Assembly (NCBI GenBank): GCA_036785375.1 | Contig: JAWMAR010000070.1 | Span: forward strand, 4,836,001-4,900,000 | Reading direction: 5' to 3' | Length of the DNA: 64,000 bases | Source of the DNA: Leucoraja ocellata | Taxonomy: Eukaryota | In this document: piece by piece, positions 51,137 to 62,686 of the stretch | Layout: every line of letters starts with the position of its first letter | Numbering within the stretch: position 1 is the stretch's first letter | Notes under the pieces: model-generated | What the model saw: the letters and a program-made list of their open reading frames with translations, nothing else | What the model was told of the DNA's origin: nothing | Database searches by the model: none | Program-made: the position numbers and the translations under genes

Positions 51137-53693
51137 TTGCACGGTGGCGCAGTGGTAGAGTTGCTGCCTTACAATGCTTGTAGCGCCGGAGACCCAGGTT
51201 CGATCCCGACTACAGGTGCTGCCTGTACGGGGTTTGTACGTTATCCCCATGACCGCATGGGTTTTCCCTGAGATCTTTGATTTCCTCCAACACTCTAAAG
51301 ACATACAAGTATGTAAGTAGATTGGCTTGGCGTATGTGTCAATTGCCCCTAGTGTGTGTGTAGCCTAGTGTTAGTGTGCGAGGATCGCTGGTCGGTGTGG
51401 ACTCCATGGGCCGTCGGGCCTGTTTCCGCGCTATATCTCAAAATTAAACTAAACTGGATTAAAATATGGTCACCACCACCTCAGGAACCACCACACCCAC
51501 TCTGCCTCTGGAAGCATCGACCACCAGGGACTCCTGGTTCATCGCCTCGACACAGGTCAGTGACTCAAAGTCCCAGTACTTTGAGAAAGCGTGGCTGATC
51601 ACATTCCAGTCCATTGATAAACACTCCTTGGCCCTGACTAAAGTCCCTCTGTCCTTAGTACACCCAGTGGCCCTACCATTGTGAATGTCTACCCTTACAT
51701 CATGCCAAAAACAAATAACGTCACACTTATCATGGTTCAATACCTGCTGGCATTGCTCTGCCCAACATACCAGTTGCTTCTTATCCCTCTGTGGTCTATG
51801 ATTATCGTACTATCCAAAATGAGACAATGTTGATGTAATCTGTAAACTCGTAAATCATACTTCCAACATTAACATCTAAGGCCGGCAGATGGGACTAGTG
51901 TAGATAAGGACATCTTGGTCGGCAATGGGGAAATTGGGTCAAAGGACATGTTTTCGTGATCTATGTCTGACCATCAAAATGAACATCTAAGTTGTTAATG
52001 TAGTCATGGAACACCTCCAAGGAATGGGTGCATGTTGCGATATTAACATCTCACCAATGTCCACGCCAAAATCTTGGATCACACTGAATGATTCCGTGTG
52101 CAATATGATGAAAGAAAATTACCAGCGTTGATCTGTGGTAACTCTGTGTGGAAGTAATAATATTTCATTGGATTTCCAGGGACATCGTGCTGAATGTTCG
52201 CCGTGTTTGGGGTGTGTTACGCTGGGTACTCTTTGGAATTCTGCTTCTCTTCCCGGTTTCCATCAGCTGTGTGACAACTTTGAAAAGGTGAAAGTTTGCA
52301 ATCTCTTTACTCTGATGTTCACATTAAATTCAACTGGAAATGATGGGAATTTACTTTCGATTTGTAGAGATAAAGTGTGGACATACAGCGCCCTCCATAA
52401 TGTTTGGGACAAAGACCCTTCATTTATTTATTTGCCTCTGTATTCCACAATTTGAGATTTGTAATTGAAAAAATCACACGTGGTTAAAGTGCACATTGTC
52501 AGATATTATTAAAGGGTATACAGCCAATCAAGTCCGCGCCGACCAATGATCACCCCGTACACTCGCACTATCCTACACACGAGGGACAATTTACAATTAT
52601 ACAGAGGCCAATTAACCTACAAAACTACACGTCTTTGGATTGTGGTAAGAAACCGGAGCACCTGGATAAAACCCACGCTGTCAGAGGCAGAACATACAAA
52701 CTCCGTACAGACAGCACCCGTAGTCATGATCAAACCCGGGTCTCTGGCGCTGTAAGGCAGCAACTCTACCGCTGCGCCACTGTGCCGCCCTGGGTCATTT
52801 CCTCGGGTAAAATTTGATGGTGGAGATTATAAACTGTGTTTTAATTGTTATTCAAGGAAAAAAACAGCCAAGACCTTGGAGATGAGGTCGGCAGTGGTGG
52901 AGGAAGGAGAGGAACAGCGCCGGTGAGCTGGCTGGGTGAGGCCTCACCTCGCATGGAGACGGCCGTGGGAGGCGAGGGGAAAAGGGTGCGTTGGTGGGTC
53001 GAGGTGTGGGCGGAGTGCGAGTGGGCTGCTGGAGGCCCTGCAGCAGCCGGTGGATCGGGTGCCGCTGGAGGTCCTGCAGAGGTCGGGGATGAGCGTACTG
53101 TTCGGACACGGCCTGCAGCGGCACGGAGCGGTGGTGGAGGCACCGACAACATCGCCAGGCCAGGCCGACCCCTGCAACTCCCACCCAGTGCCGTCTCCAT
53201 GACAACGGGCCTTTAAGCCCAAAATAAAATGGGCCTTTAAGCCCAGTTTGATGTTTAAGAATATAAGATACTGCCAGTAATGTGGCAACTCTTGTGTACT
53301 GCATCATATAATCTGCTATTAATACTCTTGTTCTTAGCTTCAGCTGTGCTTATATCAAGTAAGATTTTTACTGAATTCTATACAAAAGAAATGTCACTGT
53401 ACCCATGTGCATGAGACAATAAAGTATCATTGAACCATTGAACAATGGGGATATAAAAACGGTTAAATGATTACAAGTATTGAACTGTGGACACGTGTTA
53501 GAAGAATAAGATAAAAATGAAGGGTAATCGTTATATCAATATTGTTATTCTGACGGAATGACGCCCAATAATCATCGTTTAGCTTTTCAGGGCCAGAGAG
53601 GGTGTTCACCAGTTGGAGATGTACAAATCTCATCACCTTGCCCCTACAGCATCACCACACCACACCTATGTCCAATCTACCTTGACCACTTGA
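40127..53693 (+). CDS. Gene C: paralogous two-V receptor, 363 aa, join(40127..40223,43494..43817,44624..44941,50354..50495,52180..52287,53591..53693)
   Basis: Same exon set and phases; 1092 nt open; the TM exon has an in-frame 3-nt deletion. Confidence 0.85.
41652..41929 (+). mobile_element. Rex1/Babar-like LINE fragment, gene C copy
   Basis: Paralog of 4935-5232. Confidence 0.75.
43494..43817 (+). CDS. Gene C Ig V1 exon (type beta)
   Basis: AG/GT bounded, 324 nt. Confidence 0.95.
44624..44941 (+). CDS. Gene C Ig V2 exon (type gamma, identical to gene A V2)
   Basis: AG/GT bounded, 318 nt. Confidence 0.95.
46152..50317 (-). mobile_element. Same L1 insertion in gene C (ORF2 in three pieces: 599, 268 and 395 aa)
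   Basis: Identical position to the A copy; SWNIRG...SDH endonuclease, LYADD RT, C-terminal CDKC...H...C knuckle. Confidence 0.95.
50354..50495 (+). CDS. Gene C stalk exon
   Basis: Paralog of the A stalk, phase 1 to 2. Confidence 0.8.
52180..52287 (+). CDS. Gene C transmembrane exon (DIVLNVRRVWGVLRWVLF...)
   Basis: 108 nt, in frame; juxtamembrane Cys replaced by Arg. Confidence 0.85.
53591..53693 (+). CDS. Gene C putative cytoplasmic exon
   Basis: Paralog of the A tail exon, TGA at 53691-53693. Confidence 0.55.
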
Positions 53694-55363
53694 GGAGGAA
53701 TTTCTTTAGCCAGAGGGTGATGAATCTGTGGAATTCATTGCCACAGGCGGCTGTGGAGGCCAAGTCAATGGATATTTTTAAATTGGAGATTGACAGGTTT
53801 ACTCAGGGTGTCAAAGGTTGAGGGGAGAAGGCAGGAGAATGGGATGGAGGGGGAAAGATAGATCATCCATGATTGAATGGCGGAGTAGACTCGATGGAGC
53901 AAATGGCCGAATTCTGTACCTATGTTTGCAGACACGTCTGTACATCCTGACATTCACCCAAAAGACAGCAGAACATAGACTAGAACTCAAAGCTGGCTTT
54001 CCAGAATGTGAACTTTTAACTTTACTACCAATTGAATTGCTGTGTGAAACCCTGCACATTGAATAATGATTAAAATAATCCAATGTAATAAAAGATGGCT
54101 GAATTTTTGTCATAAAGTCATAAGTGATAAGAGTAGAATTAGTTTGGTTTAGAGATAGCGCATGGAAACAGGCCCATTGATCCACCGAGTCCATGCCGAC
54201 CACTGATCACCTGTACACACTATGTTTAAGAAGGAACAGCACATGCTGGAAAAGCGAAGGTAGACAAAAACGCTGAGTTTCTCCAGCATTGTTGTCTACC
54301 TGTACACACACTAGTTCTGTTATCCCACTTTCTCATCCATTCCCTACACATTTGCGACAATCTTGCAGAGGTATTTAACCTACAAACTCGCATGGATTAG
54401 GGATGTGGGAGGAAGCCGGAGCACCTGGAGGAAACCCATGAGGTCACAGGGAGAACATTCAAACTCCACACAGACAGCACCCGTAGAGAGGATCGAACCC
54501 GGGTCTCTGGCGCTGTGAGGCAGCAGCAAACCGCTGCACCACCGTGCCGCCCTGAAGAGAGAGAGCAGGCTTGTGAGAGCAGACAGCAGAGCAGCAGGCC
54601 AGCTAAATGCCTCATCAGAGTGACAGCACCTTCAGCTACTTTAGACACAGTGTTTAGGACAAACAGAATCAAGGGATATGGGGAGAGAGCAGGAACTGGG
54701 TACTGATTTAGGTTGATCTGCCACGATCATATTGAATGGTTCAAATGGCCGAATGGCCGAATGGCCTACTCCAGCGCCTATTTTCTATGCTTCTATGTTT
54801 CCATAGCAGAGCTCCCTCAGTACAACTCTCCCTCCGTGCTCGGCGTTCTGGAGTGGGAACTGAACCAACATCTCTCTAACTCACTCAATAGTTTTCACCC
54901 ACTGAGCTTGCACTGCAGGACCCAACACTGGGCCTTGGTGTGGCTCAGTTAGCGTGGTAAAGTCACACAGGACTCCTGCTAGAAACAGCGTGCGAAATGT
55001 TGCACTTAGACCACAGGTCTCACATTGAAAACCATGTGAAACCCAACCGCTTCTGAAAGGAAGCACCGCGATGACTTTTCATGTTTGCATTCAAGGAATC
55101 TGTGGCAACCTCTTTAGTTTAGCCTATTATAGTCATGTGTACAGAGGTGCAGTGAAAAGCTTTTCTGATGTATGATATCCAGTCAGCGAAAACACTATAC
55201 GATTACAATCAAGCCATCCACAGGATACAGGTACAGGATAATCCGACCTCTACAATGTAATCTCACAGAGGCTGATGGGTACATGGAGGGAGCATGTCCA
55301 GAGAAGGTAGTGTAGACAGGTACTAGTAACAACATTGAAAAGCATAAGGACATGGTATGTGGA

Positions 55364-55990
55364 TAGAAACATAGAAATTAGGTGCAGGAGTAGGCCCTTC
55401 GAGCCTGCACCGCCATTCAATATGATCATGGCTGATCATCCAACTCAGTATCCCGTACCTGCCTTCTCTCCATACCCCCTGATCCCCTTAGCCACAAGGG
55501 CCACATCTAACTCCCTCTTAAATATAGCCAATGAACTGGCCTCAACTACCCTCTGTGGCAGAGAGTTCCAGAGATTCACCACTCTCTGTGTGAAAAAAGT
55601 TCTTCTCATCTCGGTTTTAAAGGATTTCCCCCTTATCCTTAAGCTGTGACCCCTTGTCCTGGACTTCCCCAACATCGGGAACAATCTTCCTGCATCTAGC
55701 CTGTCCAACCCCTTAAGAATTTTGTAAGTTTCTATAAGATCCCCCCTCAATCTTCTGAATTCTAGCGAGTACAAGCCAAGTCTATCCAGGCTTTCTTCAT
55801 ATGAAAGTCCTGACATCCCAGGAATCAGTCTGTTGAACCTTCTCTGTACTCCCTCTATGACAAGAATGTCTTTCCTCAGATTTGAAGACCAAAACTGTAC
55901 ACAATACTCCAGGTGTGGTCTCGCCAATACCCTGTAGAACTGCAGTAGAACCTCCCTGCTCCTATACTCAAATCCTTTTGCTCTGAAGGT
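55364..55990 (-). mobile_element. CR1 3' fragment, specific to the C-D spacer
   Basis: RPHLEYCVQFWS...SLEFRRLRGDLIETYK ORF; flanked by 'gatag'; absent at the paralogous site near 2085. Confidence 0.85.
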
Positions 55991-57342
55991 TTTGATAGGA
56001 AAGGTATGTAGGGACATGGGTCAAATGCAGGCCTGGTTTTTATGGTGGTTCAGCCATAAAGTTGTTGCCTTACATGGTATAACAGCGCCAGATAACCAGG
56101 TTCGATCCTGGCTATAGGTGCTTGTCTGTACATAGTCTGTACTTTCTCCCAGTGACCTGCATGAGTTTTCCCTGAGAACTTCAGCTTCCTCCCACACTCC
56201 AAAGACGTACAGGTTTGTAGGTTAATTGGGTTGGTGTAAATGTAAACATTTGTGTTGCTGTGCGGGGATCACTGGACGGTGCGGACACAGTGGGCCGGAT
56301 GGCTTGTTTCCCCACTGTATCTCTAAACTAAACTAAAGAGGGACCAGCGTACATGGGACATCTTGATCGGCATTAGGCAAGCTGTTTCCCTGCTGTATCA
56401 CTCTATGATTTTATGAATCACATCCTCAAACTCAGCTTTACCCGGTCTCCGATGCTCAAGTATGTGAATTGTCTTTCAAGGAGTTTATCTGGTGACGTGA
56501 GTGGACTTATCTGATCGCGTTTGGCAATAGACAATAGACAATAGGTGCAGCAGTAGACCATTTGGCCCTTCGAGACAGCATCACCATTCAATGTGATCAT
56601 GGCTGATCATCCACAATCAGTACCCCGTTCCTACCTTCTCCCCATATCCCCTGACTCCGCTATCTTTAAGAGGCCTATCTAGCTCTCTCTTGAAAGCATC
56701 CAGAGAACCGGCCTCCACCGCTCTCTTAGGCAGAGAATTCCACAGACTCAGAACTGTCTGGGTGAAAAAGTGTTTCCTCATCTCCGTTCCTTTGGTGTCT
56801 TTTTTCTCCTGGGTATTGTTTCAACAGATGAGAAGCTGAGGAAGGCTGGACAAATTAGTGACGCGCATTTTGTGGTGGGTAAACAGATCACAAGTTCACA
56901 CATTCCAGGAGTAGAATTTGGCCATTCGGCCCATCCAGTCTACTCTGCCATTCAAACATGGCTGATCTCTGCCTCCTAATCCCATACAAGTTCAGACACA
57001 GTGTGCCCGCATTTGGGGGAGGGGCTTGAGGGGGTGGGCAAGGGAATGTTTGCGGTGGTGGACAGAGCGCCAGTCAAGTGGGCAAACGTCACCAGGATGA
57101 AGCAGAGCTTCGAGGAGATGCTCCAATCCAGGCAACTGGAGAGTGTTGCAGCTCACTCCTGATAGGGGCATTGTCCGTGGTGAGGAGGCTGGGGGAGGTG
57201 GTAAGTGAGTCACCAAGTTAAGTCTTGAACCACTGCAAAGTCATGTCCTGTTAATCGGAAATTGACTGACTTCAGTTGTGAATGAGGAAGAGGACAACTC
57301 AAACGCACTGCAGGGACCAAACCGATCCAACGTAGCCGAGAC

Positions 57343-57439
57343 ATGGCGGTGGGACAGGGAGAATTCACCCACCAGAGACGGCCCAGATCCAGGGGAACAG
57401 TCGCTCTGTTGGTTCTTGTCGCTGTTGGTCTCACACCAG
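57343..57439 (+). CDS. Gene D leader exon
   Basis: Same peptide as the A leader; phase-1 donor. Confidence 0.85.
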
Positions 57440-60400
57440 GTAAATCGGTGTTTTACAAAATGCTCTGTTCTTTAGAATTATTTACCAACGCCTTGAATTA
57501 TTTGTAACCACAGACCTCTCTGTACTGTGCTGATGATAAATTGCTCAACACTCGTTAGTTCCAGTAGAGACTTCCATCAGCGGTTGTTGTCGTGTTGTGT
57601 GCAGCCAAGTCGGGAGATAACTATCTACAGCTTGCCTTGCCTTGTGGACCTCATTGAAACTTACTGAATAGTGAAAGGCCTGGATAGAGTGGATGGGGTG
57701 AAGATGTTTACACTAGTGGGAGACTCTAGGACCAGAGGTCGCAGCCTCAGAATTAAAGGGTGTTGCTTTAGGAAGGAGATGAGGAGGAATTTTGTGAGAC
57801 AGAAACTGTGGAATTCATTGCCACAGACTGTGGAGGCCATCAATAGGTATTTCTAAGGCCGAGATGGATAGATTCTTGATCAGTACTGGTGTCAGGAGTC
57901 CTGGGGAAAAGGCAGGAGGATTTAGTTGAATGGGAAAGATAGATCAGCCATGATTGATTGGAGGAGAGTAGACTTGATGGGCCAAATGGCCTAATTCTTC
58001 TCCTAGTACTAATGAACATGATCTGTTCTTCAGAATTATTTGGCAGCATCTTGAATTATTTTGAGCCACAGAGCAGACTACTGGGCTACGAGCTGCTAAA
58101 GATAAAATGCTTGCACACTTGTTCTTCCCTGCACTAATGACTGTTGTGATGCTGTGTGCAGCCAAATTGTACACAGCTAACTCCCTGTAGAAAATGACCC
58201 CACAGCTGGCCTTGTTGATTATGGGTGTAGGGGTAACTCTTGCCCCCAGAACAGAGAGTTTGCTCCACTATTCTGGTGCAAACTATCTCCAGGTGAACTT
58301 TCTCAGTGACTTGACAGCAGATCAGCTAAATGCTTTACCCCTTGCATATCTCTTGACTTCCTCCCTCTCTGACTGTGGGTCTGAAGAAAGGTCTCGGCCC
58401 GAAACGTCACCCATTCCTTCTCTCCAGAGATGCCCCCTGACCTGCTGCGTTACTCCAGCATTTAGTGTCTATCAAAGACACACGGCACTCCCTCCACGCA
58501 CTGCAATGGGAAATGTTGAACATAAACCTTAGCACATTCAAAGAAAAAACCTGTGAAAGCCAGCCAATGGGAACAGGCGAGCATCTCAAATGAGGAAGCA
58601 CCAGAGTGACTGTCCAATTTAGCATTTGGAGAAGTTGTGGTAATCTCTCCCTTCTGAGAAAAACCAGCTGCCTTACAACAGACTCTGCTGCTCGAGCTGT
58701 TCTACACACTTTGCTTTCCCCAGCCTCTGAGTTCTCCTTCAAGGCATTTGTCTTGTGGCTTGTGAGCTGACCTGGACTGATGTGATGATGTGTCTCCACC
58801 TCAGCTCCTGAATCTGCAGAGTTTCACATGTGTTAGAGTCATAGAGTGTTACAGTGCGGAAACAGGCCCTTCGGCCCATCTTGCCCACACCGCCCAACAT
58901 GTCCCAGCAACACTAGTCCCACCTGTCCACGTTTGGTCCAAGTCCCTTCAAACCTGTCCTATCCATGTATCCAGAGGGCCCCACCCTCTCCGGAGACTAA
59001 GAAAAGCAGGTCTCCCTACTGTTCACCTAAGGTCCTTCTACAGGGGCACCATCGAGAGTATACTGACCCACGGCATTACTTCCTGGTTTGGGAGCTGCAA
59101 GGCTTATGAACAAAAACAACTTAACAGGATAGTGAAGACAGCCAGTAGGATCATTGGTGCTCCACTCCCTTTCCTGTTGGAGATCTATCAGAAGCATAAC
59201 ATCAGCAGAGCCATCTCCATTATCAAGGACCCCTATCATCCATCACACCACATCTTCTCCATTCTGCCATCTGGGAAGAGGTACAGGAGCATCAGCTGCA
59301 AAACCAGCAGGATGCTCCACAGCTTCTTCCCACAGGCAATAAGACTGGTTAACGGACTGTGTCCCCTCCCCATACATCATACACCAACACATCTAACCTC
59401 GCCTATACTTTGACAGCTAGGCACCTGTCAAAGCAAAGCCACTGTTCGGTCTGAATGCCTGTTTTTATTTCAATTTTTAGGCCTATTTTAGATATGTTAC
59501 TTTTAATTTTAAATCTATATGTATTTATTCTGTTTTTATTAACTGCACTGACGGGAACTGATTGAGAAACAATTTTTAGTTTCTTCTGTGTATGTAAGTT
59601 AAAATGACATTAAAGTAAATACTGAATACTGAATACCCAGGGCCGGCCTTAAGCCGATTGGACCGATTGCTCCCAATTGGGCCCCGCGAGTAAGGGGGCC
59701 CCGCGCCAGTGTAATCTACTCTCGACGGGTAGATCTACCATGGGTGGAGAGAGAGTAGAGGGGTGGAGGGGGAAGAAAGGGGTAGACGGGGAGGGGGGTG
59801 TGAGGGGGAATGGAGAAGGGGGAGAGGGGGAGGTGGGTCGTTCGCTCACGGCAGCGCTACTGCCCCTCCAGTCGCCGTGCTTCACGCACACAGCCCCGGC
59901 TCCACCCCTCTCTCTCCCCGGGGAGAGGCGGTGAACAATACACGGAGGGCTGGGCCGGGGGTTGGGGCATCGTATACAAACATCGACCTCAGCTCACACC
60001 CGTCTGCCCGGACCCCGGCATCCCTCTCCCTCTCTTCTCTCCTTCCCTCCCTCCTTCCGCTCTTTTCCTTTCTCTCATTCGCTCCATCCCTTCTTTCTCT
60101 ACTTCCCTCCCTCCCTCCCACACACACACACATGACGCACAGACAACTAACACACACAACTAAGTTAAGATGGGGTAGAAACCTTTTCACCCAGAGAGTT
60201 GTGAATCTGTAGAATTCTCTACCACAGAGGGCAGTGGAGGCCAATTCACTGGATGTATTCAAGAGAGAGTTAGATTTAGCTCTTAGGGCTAATGGAATCA
60301 TGGGATTACGGGAGCAAGCAGAACTGGGCAGTGCCGGCTCGAAGGGCCGAATCGTCTCCTCCTGCGCCTATTTTCTATGTTTATATGTTTCTATGAATCA

Positions 60401-62686
60401 TCATCTATCCACTTTCTCCAGAGATAGTTCCTGTCCAGTTTAAGGTTGTGACCTCAATAACGGGTAGGCCATTGAGGACTCAGATGAGGAAATATCTTTT
60501 CACCCAGAGAGTTCCACTTTCTCCAGAGATAGTTCCTGTCCCGTTGTGTTACTCCGGCACTTTGTGTCCTTTTGTACATTAACCAGCATCTGCAGTTCCT
60601 TGTTTCTACTAGTTCAATGGGGAAGTGGGTTGTAGTGAGATTGAACACAGGGTGGGTCAGAGTGAGTGACAGGTTGGCTTCCTGTCACATGACCACCACT
60701 CAGGTCAAGCCACGCCCACAGGGAAGGAGGATCTGGGCGCCAGGTAGATTCAGAAGCAGTGTTCAAGAAGGAACTGCAGATGCTGGAAGATAGATATCGC
60801 AGTGGAGTAGACAAAGTGTTCAAGAAGGAACTCAGTTCTGCTTTCACTGGAACTTGGGGAACAATCCCGGTGAAATGGGAATTATCACCAGCGGGAAAAC
60901 CATTAAAGTGCAACAGGATCTATGCAAAAGAAGAGAGACACAAAATGCTGGAGTAACTCAGCGGGACGGGCAGCATCTCTGGAGAGAAGGAAATGGGTGT
61001 GGAATCATCACCCGTCGGTTTCTCCAGAGATGCTGCCTGTCCCGCTGAGTTACTCCGGCTCTTTGTGTCTATCTTTGGTGTAAACCAGCACCTGCAGTTC
61101 CTTGCTACACATGATCTATGCGAAACCATGAACCTGTCTGAACAGCACAAATGACATGTTTTTTATTGTTAAAGCTCAGCTTGTGTTGCTGCAGTGTGAG
61201 TGATCTTTCATCATTAATGTTCCCACAGGGTCAAGGGGAATAACTGAACCCGTGGAGGTGAGGGGAGAGTTGGGGCAGTCGGTCAAAGTGGAATGTCAGT
61301 ATGGTCAGGAATACAAGGACAACAGGAAGCTGTGGACTAAAGGTGATTCTTACCAGAAATCTTATATTGTGGATTCTACTGATCACCCACAACGAGGGAG
61401 AACATCGATGACTGATGACAAAAAAGAACGGATAGTTTTAGTCACCATCGACGACCTGGAGGAGAGTGATGAAGGTCTCTACTGGTGTGTGATAGTAAAG
61501 AGAAACGATTCACTCATGGAATTGGCCTCCATCTCATTGAAGGTTTCTGAAGGTACGTTGACGATCTCTCCTCACTCTCCCAGATGTGAACATTCCAGCC
61601 TGTGAATTCCCGGCCTCGGTCCTGACGGTGACTCGGTGCCACATCCCCGGGGGTCGCTGTAAGGGGGTGGGGTGGATAACTCACTTACTGGGGTCCCGGC
61701 CCGTGGGGCCACACCAAGAGCTCACTGTCGCCGGAGCAATATGGGGGGGGGGGGGGGACTGCCAGACACCAGCCCCACGGAAGGTCCCATCTACCGGCGG
61801 TTCTGTTGCTGACGGCTCATTTCCACGAAGACGATCGCTCCGGGACCAGAACCTCTGCCGCCCCCTCACTGGGGCAGGTGGTGGGAAACCTGGGTGGAGA
61901 TAGGTGTCAATGGGGGAGGGGGCAGGTTAGTAGAAGATACTTAAAATTAGAGAACCAACGTTCAAACCGTTGGGTTGTAAACTACCTGAGCCCAATATGA
62001 GGTGCGGTTCCTCCAATTTGCATGTGGCCTCACTCTGGCAATGGAGGAGGCCCAGGACAGAAAGGTCAGTGTGGGAATGGGAAGGGACATGGACAGGGTT
62101 GGCAACCGGGAGATCAAGAATGGTCCCGACCCGAAAAGGACACCTATCCATTTTCTCCAGAGATTCTGCCTGATCCGCCGAGTTACTCCAGCACGTTGTG
62201 TCTGTCTTTGGTGTAAACCAGCACCTGCAGTTCCTTGCTACACATGATCTATGCAAAACCATGAACCTGTCTGAACAGCACAAATGACATGTTTTTTTAT
62301 TGTTAAACCACAGCTTGTGTTGCTGCAGTGTGAGTGATCTTTCATCATTAATGTGTCCACAGGGTCAAGGGGAATAACTGGACCCGAGGAGGTGAGGGGA
62401 GAGTTGGGGCAGTCGGTCACTGTGGAATGTCAGTATGGTCAGGAATACAGTGACTACAAGAAGCTGTGGAGTAAAGGTTATTATTACCGGTCATCTTCTA
62501 TCGTGGTTTCTACTGATGACCCACGACGAGGGAGAACATCGATAAGTGATAACAAAACACAACGGATAGTTTCAGTAACCATCGGCAACCTGGAGAAGAG
62601 TGATGAAGGACGCTACTGGTGTGCGATTGCAAAGGGAACATTTTCAAGCGATGAAAGGACCTCCATCTCATTGACGGTTTCTGAAG
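57343..62686 (+). CDS. Gene D (partial): leader 57343..57439, V1 61229..61552, V2 62363..62686; stalk, TM and tail lie beyond the window
   Basis: Intact leader and two V exons. The window ends at ...ttcactttatctcca, immediately before the stalk acceptor seen in A-C. Confidence 0.85.
58975..59635 (+). mobile_element. Rex1/Babar-like LINE 3' end in gene D intron 1
   Basis: LRRLRKAGL...FYRGTIESILT...LPSGKRYRS...SFFPQAIRL; (tactgaa)n tail. Confidence 0.8.
59638..60130. mobile_element. hAT-like non-autonomous element end (CAGGGCCGGCC...) with purine/pyrimidine-rich interior; terminus deleted in the A and C copies
   Basis: Terminal motif typical of hAT MITEs; partner TIR not found. Confidence 0.4.
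61229..61552 (+). CDS. Gene D Ig V1 exon (type beta)
   Basis: AG/GT bounded, 324 nt. Confidence 0.95.
62363..62686 (+). CDS. Gene D Ig V2 exon (type delta)
   Basis: AG/GT bounded, 324 nt. Confidence 0.95.

Larger units (their letters stand above)
37235..54120 (+). repeat. Segmental duplication unit C (paralog of 548-17425)
   Basis: Collinear near-identity with 548-17425 by eye, including the L1 and the Rex deletion. Confidence 0.9.

Noticed and set aside
548-54120. A and C as a purely artefactual duplicate (two haplotypes assembled in tandem)
   Set aside because: They differ by many substitutions, private indels, a very different V1, a TM-exon indel and different flanks, so real paralogy is more likely. 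Long reads are still needed to exclude it.
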